From positions 18,104,001 to 18,168,000 of the forward strand of contig OZ024744.1 of assembly GCA_964016885.1 (NCBI GenBank): a DNA stretch of 64,000 nucleotides, written 5' to 3'. How positions within the stretch are numbered: position 1 is the first letter of the stretch; each line of letters starts with the position of its first letter. This DNA comes from Eledone cirrhosa (lineage: Eukaryota). Both the position numbers and the translations under genes were made by a program. The notes below the pieces were generated by a model that searched no databases, had not been told where the DNA came from, and saw only the letters and a list, made by a program, of their open reading frames with translations. Shown piece after piece: positions 28,001 through 42,000 of the stretch.

Positions 28001-31000
28001 TCTGTATGTCGGTGTCACTGTGTATGTCACTGTGTGTTTCTGTATGTTTGTGTCACTGTGTATGTCATTAAATGTTTGTGTGTGTCTGTGTCTCTGTGTA
28101 TGTCACTGTGTGTTTGCGTGTGTCTGTGTCACTGTGTATGTCACTGTGTGTTTCTGTATGTCTGTGTGACTGTGTATGTCACTGTGTGTTTGTGTATGTC
28201 TGTGTCACTGTGTGTGTTTCTGTATGTATGTGTCAATGTGTATGTCACTGTGTGTTTCTGTATGTCTGTGTCACTGTGTATGTCACTGTATGTTTCTGTA
28301 TGTCTGTTTCACTGTGTATGTCACTGTGTGTTTCTGTATGTCTGTGTCACTCTGTATGTCACTGTATGTTTCTGAATGTTTGTGTCACTGTGTATGTCAC
28401 TGTGTGTTTGCGTGTGTCTGTGTCACTGTGTATGTCACTGTGTGTTTCTGTATGTCTGTGTGACTGTGTATGTCACTCTGTCTTTGTGTATGTCTGTGTC
28501 ACTGTGTGTGTTTCTGTATGTCTGTGTCACTGTGTATGTCATTGTATCTTTGTGTATGTATGTGTCACTGTGTGTGTCACTGTATCATTGTGTATGTCTG
28601 TGTCATTGTGTATGTCACTGTGTGTTTCTGTATATCTGTGTCTCTGTGTATGTTACTTTATCTTTGTGTATGTCTGTGTCACTGTGTATGTCACTGTATC
28701 TTTGTGTATGTCTGTGTCACGGTGTATATCACTGTATGTTTGTGTATGTCTGTGTCACTCTATATGGCACTGTATGTTTCTGTATGTATGTGTCACTGTG
28801 TATGTCAATGTGTGTTTCTGTATCTCTGTGTCACGGTGTATGTCACTGTATGTTTGTGTATGTCTGTGTGACTGTGTATGTCACTGTATGTTACATTATG
28901 TCTGTGTCACTGTGTATGTCACTGTGTGTTTCTGTATGTCTGTGTCACTGTGTATGTCACTGTATATTTGTGTATGTCTGTGTCACTGTGTATGTCACTG
29001 TGTGTTTCTGTATGTCTGTGTCACTGTCTATGTCACTGTATGTTTCTGAATGTCTGTGTCACCGTGTATGTCACTGTATCTTTATGTATGTCTGTGTCAC
29101 TGTATATGTCACTGTATCTTTGTGTATGTCTACGTCACTGTGTATGTCACTGTGTGTTTCTGTATGCCTGTGTCTTTGTGTATGCCACTGTACCTTTGTG
29201 TATGTCTGTGTCACTGTGTATGTCACTGTGTGTTTCTGTATGTCTGTGTCATTGTGTATGTCACTGTGTGTTTCTGTATATCTGTGTCTCTGTGTATGTC
29301 ACTGTAACGTTGTGTATCTCTGTGTCACTGTGTATGTCACTGTATCTTTGTGTATGTCTGTGTCACTGTGTATGTCATTGTGAGTTTCTGTATGTCTGTG
29401 TCACTGTGTATGTCACTGTATCTTTGTGTATGTCTGTGTCACTGTGTATGTCACTGTTGGTTTCTGTATGTCTGTGTCACTGTGTATGTCACTGTATCTC
29501 TCTGTATGTCTGTGTCACTGTCTATGTCACTGTATCTTTGTGTATGTCTGTGTCACTGTGTATGTCATTGTGTGTTTTTGTATGTCTGTGTCTCTGTGTA
29601 TGTCACTGTATCTTTGTGTATGTCTGTATCACTGTGTATGTCACTGTGTGTTTCTGTATGTCTGTGTCACTGTGTATGTCACTGTGTGTTTCTGTATGTC
29701 TGTGTCACTGTCTATGTCGCTGTATGTTTCTGAATGTCTGTGTCACTGTGTATGTCACTGTGTGTTTCTGTATGTCTGTGTCACTGTCTATGTCACTGTA
29801 TGTTTCTGAATGTCTGTGTCACCGTGTATGTCACTGTATCTTTATGTATGTCTGTGTCACTGTATATGTCACTGTATCTTTGTGTATGTCTACGTCACTG
29901 TGTATGTCACTGTGTGTTTCTGTATGTCTGTGTCTTTGTGTATGTCACTGTACCTTTGTGTATGGCTGTGTCACTGTGTATGTCACTGTGTTTCTGTATG
30001 TCTGTGTCACTGTGTATGTCACTGTGTGTTTCTGTATATCTGTGTCTCTGTGTATGTCACTGTATCTTTCTGTATGTCTGTGTCACCGTGTATGTCACTG
30101 TATCTTTGTGTATGTCGGTGTCACCGTGTATGTCACTGTAACGTTGTGTATCTCTGTGTCACTGTGTATGTCATTGTATCTTTGTGTATGTCTGTGTAAC
30201 TGTGTATGTCACTGTGTGTTTCTGTATGTATGTGTCACGGTGTATGTCACTGTATGTTTGTGCATGTCTGTGTCACTGTGTATGTCATTGTCAGTTTCTG
30301 TATGTCTGTGTCACTGTGTATGTCACTGTATCTTTGTGTATGTCTGTGTCACTGTGTATGTCACTGTGTGTTTCTGTATGTCTGTGTCACTGTGTATGTC
30401 ATTGTGTGTTTCTGTATGCCTGTGTCTCTGTGTATGTCACTGTATCTTTGTGTATCTCTGTGTCACGGTGTATGTCACTGTATATTTGTGTATGTCTGTG
30501 TCACTGTGTGTTTCTGTATGTCTGTGTCACTGTGTATATCACTGTATGTTTGTGTATGCCTGTGTCACGGTGTATGTCACTGTATGGTTGTGTGTGTCTG
30601 TGTCACTGTGTATGTCACTGTGTGTTTGTGTATGTCTGTGTCACTGTATGTTTCTGTATGTCTGTGTCACTGTGTATGTCACTGTGTGTTTCTGTATGTC
30701 TGTGTCACCGTGTATGTCACTGTATCTTTGTGTATGCCTGTGTCACTGTGTATGTCACTGTGTGATTCTGTATGTCTGTGTCACTGTGTATGTCACTGTG
30801 TATTTGCGTGTGTCTGTGTCACTGTGTATGTCACTGTGTGTTTCTGTATGTCTGTGTGACTGTGTATGTCACTGTTTGTTTGTGTATGTCTGTGTCACTG
30901 TGTGTGTTTCTGTATGTCTGTGTCACTGTGTATGTCATTGCATCTTTGTGTATGTCTGTGTCACTCTGTATGTCACTGTGTGTTTCTGCATGTCTGTGTC

Positions 31001-34000
31001 ACTGTGTATGTCACTGTATATTTGTGTACGTCTGTGTCACTGTGTAAGTCATTATATCTTTGTGTATGTCTGTGACACTCTGTATGTCACTGTGTGTTTC
31101 TGTATGTATGTATCACTGTGTATGTCATTGTATCTTTGTGTATGTATGTGACACTCTGTATGTCAATGTGTGTTTATGTATTATGTGTCTCTGTGCATGT
31201 CACTGTATCTTTGTGTATGTATGTGTCACTGTGTATGTCACTGTGTGTTTCTGTATGACTGTGTCACTGTGTATGTTACTGTGAGTTTCTGTATGTCTGT
31301 GTCACGGTGTATGTCACTGTATATTTTTGTATGTCTGTGTCAGTGTGTATGTCACTAGGTGTTTCTGTATGTCTGTGTCACACCGTATATCACTGTATCT
31401 TTATGTATGTCTGTGTCACTGTGTATGTCACTGTGTGTTTCTGTATGTCTGTGTGACTGTGTATGTCACTGTGTGTTTCTGTATGTCTGTGTCACTGTGT
31501 ATGTCACTGTGTGTTTCTGTATGTCTGTGTCACTGTCTATGTCGCTGTATGTTTCTGAATGTCTGTGTCACTGTGTATGTCACTGTGTGTGTCACGGTGT
31601 ATGTCACTGTTTGTTTGTGTGTGTCTATGTCACTGTGTATGTCACTGTGTGTTTCTGTATGTCTGTGTCACCGTGTATGTCACTGTATCTTTGTGTATGC
31701 CTGGGTCACTGTGTATGTCACTGTGTGTTTATGTATGTCTGTGTCACTGTGTATGTCACTGTGTGTTTCTGTATATCTGTGTCACGGTGTATGTCACTGA
31801 ATGATTGTGTGTGTCTGTGTCACTGTGTATGTCACTGTGTGTTTCTGTATGTCTGTGTCACTGTGTATGTCACTGTATATTTGTGTATGTCTGTGTCACT
31901 GTGTATGTCACTGTGTGTTTCTGTATGTCTGTGTCACTGTCTATGTCACTGTATGTTTCTGAATGTCTGTGTAACTGTGTATGTCACTGTGTGTTTCCGT
32001 GTGTCTGTGTCACGGTGTATGTCACTGTATGTTTGTGTGTGTCTGTGTCATTGTGTATGTCACTGTGTGTTTCTGTATGTCGCTGTCACCGTCTATGTCA
32101 CTGTATCTTTGTGTATGCCTGTGTCACTGTGTATGTCACTGTGTGTTTCTGTATGTCTGTGTCACTATGTATGTCACTGTGTGTTTCTGTATGTTTGTGT
32201 CACTGTGTATGTCACTAAATGTTTGTGTGTGTCTGTGTCTCTGTCTATGTCACTGTGTGTTAGCGTGTGTCTTTGTCACTGTGTATATCACTGTGTGTTT
32301 CTGTATGTATGTGTCACCGTGTATGTCACTGTATCTTTGTGTATGCATTTGTCACTGTGTATGTTACTGTGAGTTTCTGTATGTCTGTGTCAATGTGTAC
32401 GTCACTGTATATTTCTGTATGTCTGTGTCAGTGTGTATGTCACTGTATCTTTATGTATGTCTGTGTCACTGTATATGTCACTGTATCTTTGTGATGTCTA
32501 CGTCACTGTGTATGTCACTGTGTGTTTCTGTATGTCTGTGTCTTTGTGTATGTTACTGTACCTTTGTGTATGTCTGTGTCACTGTGTATGTCACTGTGTG
32601 TTTCTGAATGTATGTGTCACGGTGTATGTCACTGTATGTTTGTGTATGTCTGTGTCACTGTGTATGTCACTGTATATTTGTGTATGTCTGTGTCACTGTG
32701 TATGTTACTGTGTGTTTCTCTATGTCTGAGTCACTGTGTATATCACTGTATGTTTGTGTGTGTCTGTGTCACTGTTTATGTCACTGTATGTCTCTGTATG
32801 TCTGTGTCACTGTCTATGTCACTGTATCTTTGTGTATGTCTGTGTCACTGTGTATGTCACTGTGTGTTTATGTATTTCTGTGTCTCTGTATATGTCACTG
32901 TATCTTTGTGTATGTCTGCGTCACTGTGTATGTCACTATGTTTGTGTATGTCTGTGTCACTGTGTAAGTCATTGTATCTTTGTGTATGTATGTGACACTC
33001 TGTATGTCAATGTGTGTTTCTGTATTATGTGTCTCTGTGTATGTCACTGTATCTTTGTGTATGTATGTGTCACTGTGTATGTCATTGTCTGTTTGTGTAT
33101 GACTGTGTCACTGTGTATGTTACTGTGAGTTTCTGTATGTCTGTGTCACGGTGTATGTCAGTGTATATTTTTGTATGTCTGTGTCAGTGTGTATGTCACT
33201 AGGTGTTTCTGTATGTCTGTGTCACACCGTATATCACTGTATCTTTATGTATGTCTGTGTCACTGTGTATGTCACTGTGAGTTTATGTATGTATGTGTCA
33301 CTGTGTATGTCACAGTGTGTTTCTGTATGTCTGTGTCACTGTGTATGTCACTGTATCTCTCTGTATGTCAGTGTCACTGTCTATGTCACTGTATCTTTGT
33401 GTATGTCTGGGTCACTGTGTATGTCACTGTGTGTTTCTGTATGTCTGTGTCTCTGTGTATGTCACTGTATCTTTGTGTATGTCTGTGTCACTGTGTATGT
33501 CACTGTGTGTTTCTGTATGTCTGTGTGACTGTGTATGTCACTGTGTGTTTCTGTATGTCTGTGTCACTGTGTATGTCACTGTGTGTTTCTGTATGTCTGT
33601 GTCACTGTCTATGTCGCTGTATCTTTGTGTATGTCTGCGTCACTGTGTATGTCACTGTGTGTTTCTGTATGTCTGTGTCTCTGTGTATGTCACTGTATCT
33701 TTGTGTATGTCGGTGTCACGGTGTATGTCACTGTATGTTTGTGTGTGTCTATGTCACTGTGTATGTCACTGTGTGTTTCTGTATGTCTGTGTCACCGTGT
33801 ATGTCACTGTATCTTTGTGTATGCCTGTGTCACTGTGTATGTCACTGTGTGTTTCTGTATGTCTGTGTCACTGTGTATGTCACTGTGTGTTTCTGTATGA
33901 CTGTGACACTGTGTATGTCACTTTATCTTTGTGTATGTCTGTGTCACTGTGTATGTCACTGTGTGTTTCTGTATGTCTGTGTCACTGTCTATGTCACTGT

Positions 34001-37000
34001 ATGTTTCTGAATGTCTGTGTCACTGTGTATGTCACTGTGTGTTTCTGTATATCTGTGTCACGGTGTATGTCACTGAATGTTTGTGTGTGTCAGCGTCACT
34101 GTGTATGTCACTGTGTGTTTCTGTATGTCTGTGTCTCTGTGTATGTAACTGTATCTTTGTGTATGTCGTTGTCACGGTGTATGTCACTAAATGTTTGTGT
34201 GTGTCTGTGTCTCTGTGTATGTCACTGTGTGTTTGCGTGTGTCTGTGTCACTGTGTATGTCACTGTGTGTTTCTGTATGTCTGTGTGACTGTGTATGTCA
34301 CTAGGTGTTTGTGTATGTCTGTGTCACTGCATGTTTCTGAATGTCTGTGTCACTGTGTATGTCACTGTGTGTTTCTGTATGTATGTGTCACCGTGTATGT
34401 CACTGTATCTTTGTGTATGCCTGTGTCACTGTGTATGTCACTGTGTGTTTCTGTATGTCGGTGTCACTGTGTATGTCACTGTGTGTTTCTGTATGTTTGT
34501 GTCACTGTGTATGTCATTAAATGTTTGTGTGTGTCTGTGTCTCTGTGTATGTCACTGTGTGTTTGCGTGTGTCTGTGTCACTGTGTATGTCACTGTGTGT
34601 TTCTGTATGTCTGTGTGACTGTGTATGTCACTCTGTGTTTGTGTATGTCTGTGTCACTGTGTGTGTTTCTGTATGTCTGTGTCAATGTGTATGTCAATTT
34701 GTGTTACTGTATGTCTGTGTCACTGTGTATGTCACTGTATGTTTCTGTATGTCTGTTTCACTGTGTATGTCACTGTGTGTTTCTGTATGTCTGTGTCACT
34801 CTGTATGTCACTGTATGTTTCTGAATGTTTGTGTCACTGTGTATGTCACTGTGTGTTTGCGTGTGTCTGTGTCACTGTGTATGTCACTGTGTGTTTCTGT
34901 ATGTCTGTGTCACTGTGTGTGTTTCTGTATGTCTGTGTCACTGTGTATGTCATTGTATCTTTGTGTATGTATGTGTCACTGTGTGTGTCACTGTGTGTTT
35001 CTGTATATCTGTGTCTCTGTGTATGTTACTTTATCTTTGTGTATGTCTGTGTCACTGTGTATGTCACTGTATCTTTGTGTATGTCTGTGTCACGGTGTAT
35101 ATCACTGTATGTTTGTGTATGTCTGTGTCACTCTATATGGCACTGTATGTTTCTGTATGTATGTGTCACTGTGTATGTCAATGTGTGTTTCTGTATCTCT
35201 GTGTCACGGTGTATGTCACTGTATGTTTGTGTATGTCTGTGTGACTCTGTATGTCACTGTATGTTACATTATGTCTGTGCCACTGTGTATGTCACTGTGT
35301 GTTTCTGTATGTCTGTGTCACTGTGTATGTCACTGTATATTTGTGTATGTCTGTGTCACTGTGTATGTCACTGTGTGTTTCTGTATGTCTGTGTCACTGT
35401 CTATGTCACTGTATGTTTCTGAATGTCTGTGTCACCGTGTATGTCACTGTATCTTTATGTATGTCTGTGTCACTGTATATGTCACTGTATCTTTGTGTAT
35501 GTCTACGTCACTGTGTATGTCACTGTGTGTTTCTGTATGTCTGTGTCTTTGTGTATGTCACTGTACCTTTGTGTATGTCTGTGTCACTGTGTTTCTGTAT
35601 GTCTGTGTCACTGTGTATGTCACTGTGTGTTTCTGTATATCTGTGTCTCTGTGTATGTCACTGTATCTTTCTGTATGTCTGTGTCACCGTGTATATCACT
35701 GTATCTTTGTGTATGTCGGTGTCACCGTGTATGACACTGTAACGTTGTGTATCTCTGTGTCACTGTGTATGTCATTGTATCTTTGTGTATGTCTGTGTCA
35801 CTGTGTATGTCACTGTGTGTTTCTGTATGTATGTGTCACGGTGTATGTCACTGTATGTTTGTGCATGTCTGTGTCACTGTGTATGTCATTGTCAGTTTCT
35901 GTATGTCTGTGTCACTGTGTATGTCACTGTATCTTTGTGTATGTCTGTGTCACTGTGTATGTCACTGTGTGTTTCTGTATGTCTGTGTCACTGTGTATGT
36001 CATTGTGTGTTTCTGTATGCCTGTGTCTCTGTGTATGTCACTGTATCTTTGTGTATCTCTGTGTCACGGTGTATGTCACTGTATTTTTGTGTATGTCTGT
36101 GTCACTGTGTGTTTCTGTATGTCTGTGTCACTGTGTATATCACTGTATGTTTGTGTATGCCTGTGTCACGGTGTATGTCACTGTATGGTTGTGTGTGTCT
36201 GTGTCACTGTGTATGTCACTGTCTGTTTGTGTATGTCTGTGTCACTGTATGTTTCTGTATGTCTGTGTCACTGTGTATGTCACTGTGTGTTTCTGTATGT
36301 CTGTGTCACCGTGTATGTCACTGTATCTTTGTGTATGCCCGTGTCACTGTGTATGGCACTGTGTGATTCTGTATGTCTGTGTCACTGTGTATGTCACTGT
36401 GTATTTGCGTGTGTCTGTGTCACTGTGTATGTCACTGTGTGTTTCTGTATGTCTGTGTGACTGTGTATGTCACTGTTTGTTTGTGTATGTCTGTGTCACT
36501 GTGTGTGTTTCTGTATGTCTGTGTCACTGTGTATGTCTTTGCATCTTTGTGTATGTCTGTGTCACTCTGTATGTCACTGTGTGTTTCTGCATGTCTGTGT
36601 CACTGTGTATATCACTGTGTGTTTCTGTATGTCTGTGTCACTGTGTATGTCACTGTATATTTGTGTACGTCTGTGTCACTGTGTAAGTCATTATATCTTT
36701 GTGTATGTCTGTGACACTCTGTATGTCACTGTGTGTTTCTGTATGTATGTATCACTGTGTATGTCAATGTGTGTTTCTGTATGTCTGTGTCACTGTGTAA
36801 GTCATTGAATCTTTGTGTATGTATGTGACACTCTGTATGTCAATGTGTGTTTCTGTATTATGTGTCACTGTGCATGTCACTGTATCTTTGTGTATGTATG
36901 TGTCACTGTGTATGTCACTGTGTGTTTCTGTATGACTGTGTCACTGTGTATGTTACTGTGAGTTTCTGTATGTCTGTGTCACGGTGTATGTCACTGTATA

Positions 37001-39055
37001 TTTTTGTATGTCTGTGTCAGTGTATGTCACTAGGTGTTTCTGTATGTCTGTGTCACACCGTATATCACTGTATCTTTATGTATGTCTGTGTCACTGTGTA
37101 TGTCACTGTGTGTTTCTGTATGTCTGTGTGACTGTGTATGTCACTGTGTGTTTCTGTATGTCTGTGTCACTGTGTATGTCACTGTGTGTTTCTGTATGTC
37201 TGTGTCACTGTCTATGTCGCTGTATGTTTCTGAATGTCTGTGTCACTGTGTATGTCACTGTGTGTTTCTGTATGTGTGTGTCACGGTGTATGTCACTGTA
37301 TGTTTGTGTGTGTCTATGTCACTGTGTATGTCACTGTGTGTTTCTGTATGTTGTGTCACCGTGTATGTCACTTTATCTTTGTGTATGCCTGGGTCACTGT
37401 GTATGTCACTGTGTGTTTCTGTATGTCTGTGTCACTGTGTATGTCACTGTGTGTTTCTGTATATCTGTGTCACGGTGTATGTCACTGAATGTTTGTGTGT
37501 GTCTGTGTCACTGTGTATGTCACTGTGTGTTTCTGTATGTCTGTGTCACTGTGTATGTCACTGTATATTTGTGTATGTCTGTGTCACTGTGTATGTCACT
37601 GTGTGTTTCTCTATGTCTGTGTCACTGTCTATGTCACTGTATGTTTCTGAATGTCTGTGTAACTGTGTATGTCAATGTGTGTTTCTGTGTGTCTTGTCAC
37701 GGTGTATGTCACTGTATTTTTGTGTGTGTCTGTGTCATTGTGTATGTCACTGTGTGTTTCTGTATGTCGCTGTCACCGTGTATGTCACTGTATCTTTGTG
37801 TATGCCTGTGTCACTGTGTATGTCACTGTGTGTTTCTGTATGTCTGTGTCACTATGTATGTCACTGTGTGTTTCTGTATGTTTGTGTCACTGTGTATGTC
37901 ACTAAATGTTTGTGTGTGTCTGTGTCTCTGACTATGTCACTGTGTGTTAGCGTGTGTCTTTGTCACTGTGTATGTCACTGTGTGTTTCTGTATGTATGTG
38001 TCACCGTGTATGTCACTGTATCTTTGTGTATGCATTTGTCACTGTGTATGTTACTGTGAGTTTCTGTATGTCTGTGTCAATGTGTACGTCACTGTATATT
38101 TCTGTATGTCTGTGTCAGTGTGTATGTCACTGTATCTTTATGTATGTCTGTGTCACTGTATATGTCACTGTATCTTTGTGTATGTCTACGTCACTGTGTA
38201 TGTCACTGTGTGTTTCTGTATGTCTGTGACTTTGTGTATGTTACTGTACCTTTGTGTATGTCTGTGTCACTGTGTATGTCACTGTGTGTTTCTGTATGTC
38301 TGTGTCACTGTGTATGTCACTGTGTGTTTCTGTATATCTGTGTCTCTGTGTATGTCACTGTATCTTTGTGTATGTCTGTGTCACTGTGTATGTCACTGTA
38401 TCTTTGTGTATGTCGGTGTCACCGTGTATGTCACTGTAACGTTGTGTATCTCTGTGTCACTGTGTATGTCACTGTATCTTTGTGTATGTCTGTGTCACTG
38501 TGTATGTCACTGTGTGTTTCTGAATGTATGTGTCACGGTGTATGTCACTGTATGTTTGTGTATGTCTGTGTCACTGTGTATGTCACTGTATCTTTGTGTA
38601 TGTCTGTGTCACTGTGTATGTTACTGTGTGTTTCTGTATGTCTGAGTCACTGTGTATATCACTGTATGTTTGTGTGTGTCTGTGTCACTGTGTATGTCAC
38701 TGTATGTCTCTGTATGTCTGTGTCACTGTCTATGTCACTGTATATTTGTGTATGTCTGTGTCACTGTGTATGTCACTGTGTGTTTATGTATTTCTGTGTC
38801 TCTGTATATGTCACTGTATCTTTGTGTATGTCTGCGTCACTGTGTATGTCACTATGTTTGTGTATGTCTGTGTCACTGTGTAAGTCATTGTATCTTTGTG
38901 TATGTATGTGACACTCTGTATGTCAATGTGTGTTTCTGTATTATGTGTCTCTGTGTATGTCACTGTATCTTTGTGTATGTATGTGTCACTGTGTATGTCA
39001 TTGTGTGTTTGTGTATGACTGTGTCACTGTGTATGTTACTGTGAGTTTCTGTATG
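25015..39055. repeat. Copy 1 of a recent ~14 kb tandem duplication
   Basis: Paired ORFs at a constant offset of 14110 (25755/39865, 28878/42988, 31359/45469, 33931/48041), then 13628 (34625/48253, 37954/51582), then 13514 (38652/52166, 38930/52444). Confidence 0.93.
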
Positions 39056-42000
39056 TGTGTGTCACGGTGTATGTCACTGTATGTTTGTGTGTGTCTATGT
39101 CACTGTGTATGTCACTGTGTGTTTCTGTATGTCTGTGTCACCGTGTATGTCACTGTATCTTTGTGTATGCCTGGGTCACTGTGTATGTCACTGTGTGTTT
39201 CTGTATGTCTGTGTCACTGTGTATGTCACTGTGTGTTTCTGTATATCTGTGTCACGGTGTATGTCACTGAATGTTTGTGTGTGTCTGTGTCACTGTGTAT
39301 GTCACTGTGTGTTTCTGTATGTCTGTGTCACTGTGTATGTCACTGTATATTTGTGTATGTCTGTGTCACTGTGTATGTCACTGTGTGTTTCTGTATGTCT
39401 GTGTCACTGTCTATGTCACTGTATGTTTCTTAATGTCTGTGTAACTGTGTATGACACTGTGTGTTTCTGTGTGTTTGTGTCACGGTGTATGTCACTGTAT
39501 GTTTGTGTGTGTCTGTGTCATTGTGTATGTCACTGTGTGTTTCTGTATGTCGCTGTCACCGTGTATGTCACTGTATCTTTGTGTATGCCTGTGTCACTGT
39601 GTATGTCACTGTGTGTTTCTGTATGTTTGTGTCACTGTGTATGTCACTAAATGTTTGTGTGTGTCTGTGTCTCTGTCTATGTCACTGTGTGTTAGCGTGT
39701 GTCTTTGTCACTGTGTATGTCACTGTGTGTTTCTGTATGTATGTGTCACCGTGTATGTCACTGTATCTTTGTGTATGCATTTGTCACTGTGTATGTTACT
39801 GTGAGTTTCTGTATGTCTGTGTCAATGTGTACGTCACTGTATATTTCTGTATGTCTGTGTCAGTGTGTATGTCACTGTATCTTTATGTATGTCTGTGTCA
39901 CTGTATATGTCACTGTATCTTTGTGTATGTCTACGTCACTGTGTATGTCACTGTGTGTTTCTGTATGTCTGTGTCTTTGTGTATGTTACTGTACCTTTGT
40001 GTATGTCTGTGTCACTGTGTATGTCACTGTGTGTTTCTGTATGTCTGTGTCACTGTGTATGTCACTGTGTGTTTCTGTATATCTGTGTCTCTGTGTATGT
40101 CACTGTATCTTTGTGTATGTCTGTGTCACTGTGTATGTCACTGTATCTTTGTGTATGTCGGTGTCACCGTGTATGTCACTGTAACGTTGTGTATCTCTGT
40201 GTCACTGTGTATGTCACTGTATCTTTGTGTATGTATGTGTCACTGTGTATGTCACTGTGTGTTTCTGAATGTATGTGTCACGGTGTATGTCACTGTATGT
40301 TTGTGTATGTCTGTGTCACTGTGTATGTCACTGTATCTTTGTGTATGTCTGTGTCACTGAGTATGTTACTGTGTGTTTCTGTATGTCTGAGTCACTGTGT
40401 ATATCACTGTATGTTTGTGTGTGTCTGTGTCACTGTGTATGTCACTGTATGTCTCTGTATGTCTGTGTCACTGTCTATGTCACTGTATCTTTGTGTATGT
40501 CTGTGTCACTGTGTATGTCACTGTGTGTTTATGTATTTCTGTGTCACTGTATATGTCACTGTATCTTTGTGTATGTCTGCGTCACTGTGTATGTCACTAT
40601 GTTTGTGTATGTCTGTGTCACTGTGTAAGTCATTGTATCTTTGTGTATGTATGTGACACTCTGTATGTCAATGTGTGTTTCTGTATTATGTGTCTCTGTG
40701 TATGTCACTGTATCTTTGTGTATGTATGTGTCACTGTGTATGTCATTGTGTGTTTGTGTATGACTGTGTCACTGTGTATGTTACTGTGAGTTTCTGTATG
40801 TCTGTGTCACGGTGTATGTCAGTGTATATTTTTGTATGTCTGTGTCAGTGTGTATGTCACTAGGTGTTTCTGTATGTCTGTGTCACACCGTATATCACTG
40901 TATCTTTATGTATGTCTGTGTCACTGTGTATGTCACTGTGAGTTTATGTATGTATGTGTCACTGTGTATGTCACAGTGTGTTTCTGTATGTCTGTGTCAC
41001 TGTGTATGTCACTGTATCTCTCTGTATGTCTGTGTCACTGTCTATGTCACTGTATCTTTGTGTATGTCTGCGTCACTGTGTATGTCACTGTGTGTTTCTG
41101 TATGGCTGTGTCTCTGTGTATGTCACTGTATCTTTGTGTATGTCTGTGTCACTGTGTATGTCACTGTGTGTTTCTGTATGTCTGTGTGACTGTGTATGTC
41201 ACTGTGTGTTTCTGTATGTCTGTGTCACTGTGTATGTCACTGTGTGTTTCTGTATGTCTGTGTCACTGTCTATGTCGCTGTATCTTTGTGTATGTCTGCG
41301 TCAATGTGTATGTCACTGTGTGTTTCTGTATGTCTGTGTCTCTGTGTATGTCACTGTATCTTTGTGTATGTCGGTGTCACGGTGTATGTCACTGTATGTT
41401 TGTGTGTGTCTATGTCACTGTGTATGTCACTGTGTGTTTCTGTATGTCTGTGTCACCGTGTATGTCACTGTATCTTTGTGTATGCATGTGTCACTGTGTA
41501 TGTCACTGTGTGTTTCTGTATGTCTGTGTCACTGTGTATGTCACTGTGTGTTTCTGTATGATTGTGACACTGTGTATGTCACTTTATCTTTGTGTATGTC
41601 TGTGTCACTGTGTATGTCACTGTGTGTTTCTGTATGTCTGTGTCACTGTCTATGTCACTGTATGTTTCTGAATGTCTGTGTCACTGTGTATGTCACTGTG
41701 TGTTTCTGTATATCTGTGTCACGGTGTATGTCACTGAATGTTTGTGTGTGTCTGCGTCACTGTGTATGTCACTGTGTGTTTCTGTATGTCTGTGTCTCTG
41801 TGTATGTAACTGTATCTTTGTGTATGTCGTTGTCACGGTGTATGTCACTAAATGTTTGTGTGTGTCTGTGTCTCTGTGTATGTCACTGTGTGTTTGCGTG
41901 TGTCTGTGTCACTGTGTATGTCACTGTGTGTTTCTGTATGTCTGTGTGACTGTGTATGTCACTAGGTGTTTGTGTATGTCTGTGTCACTGCATGTTTCTG

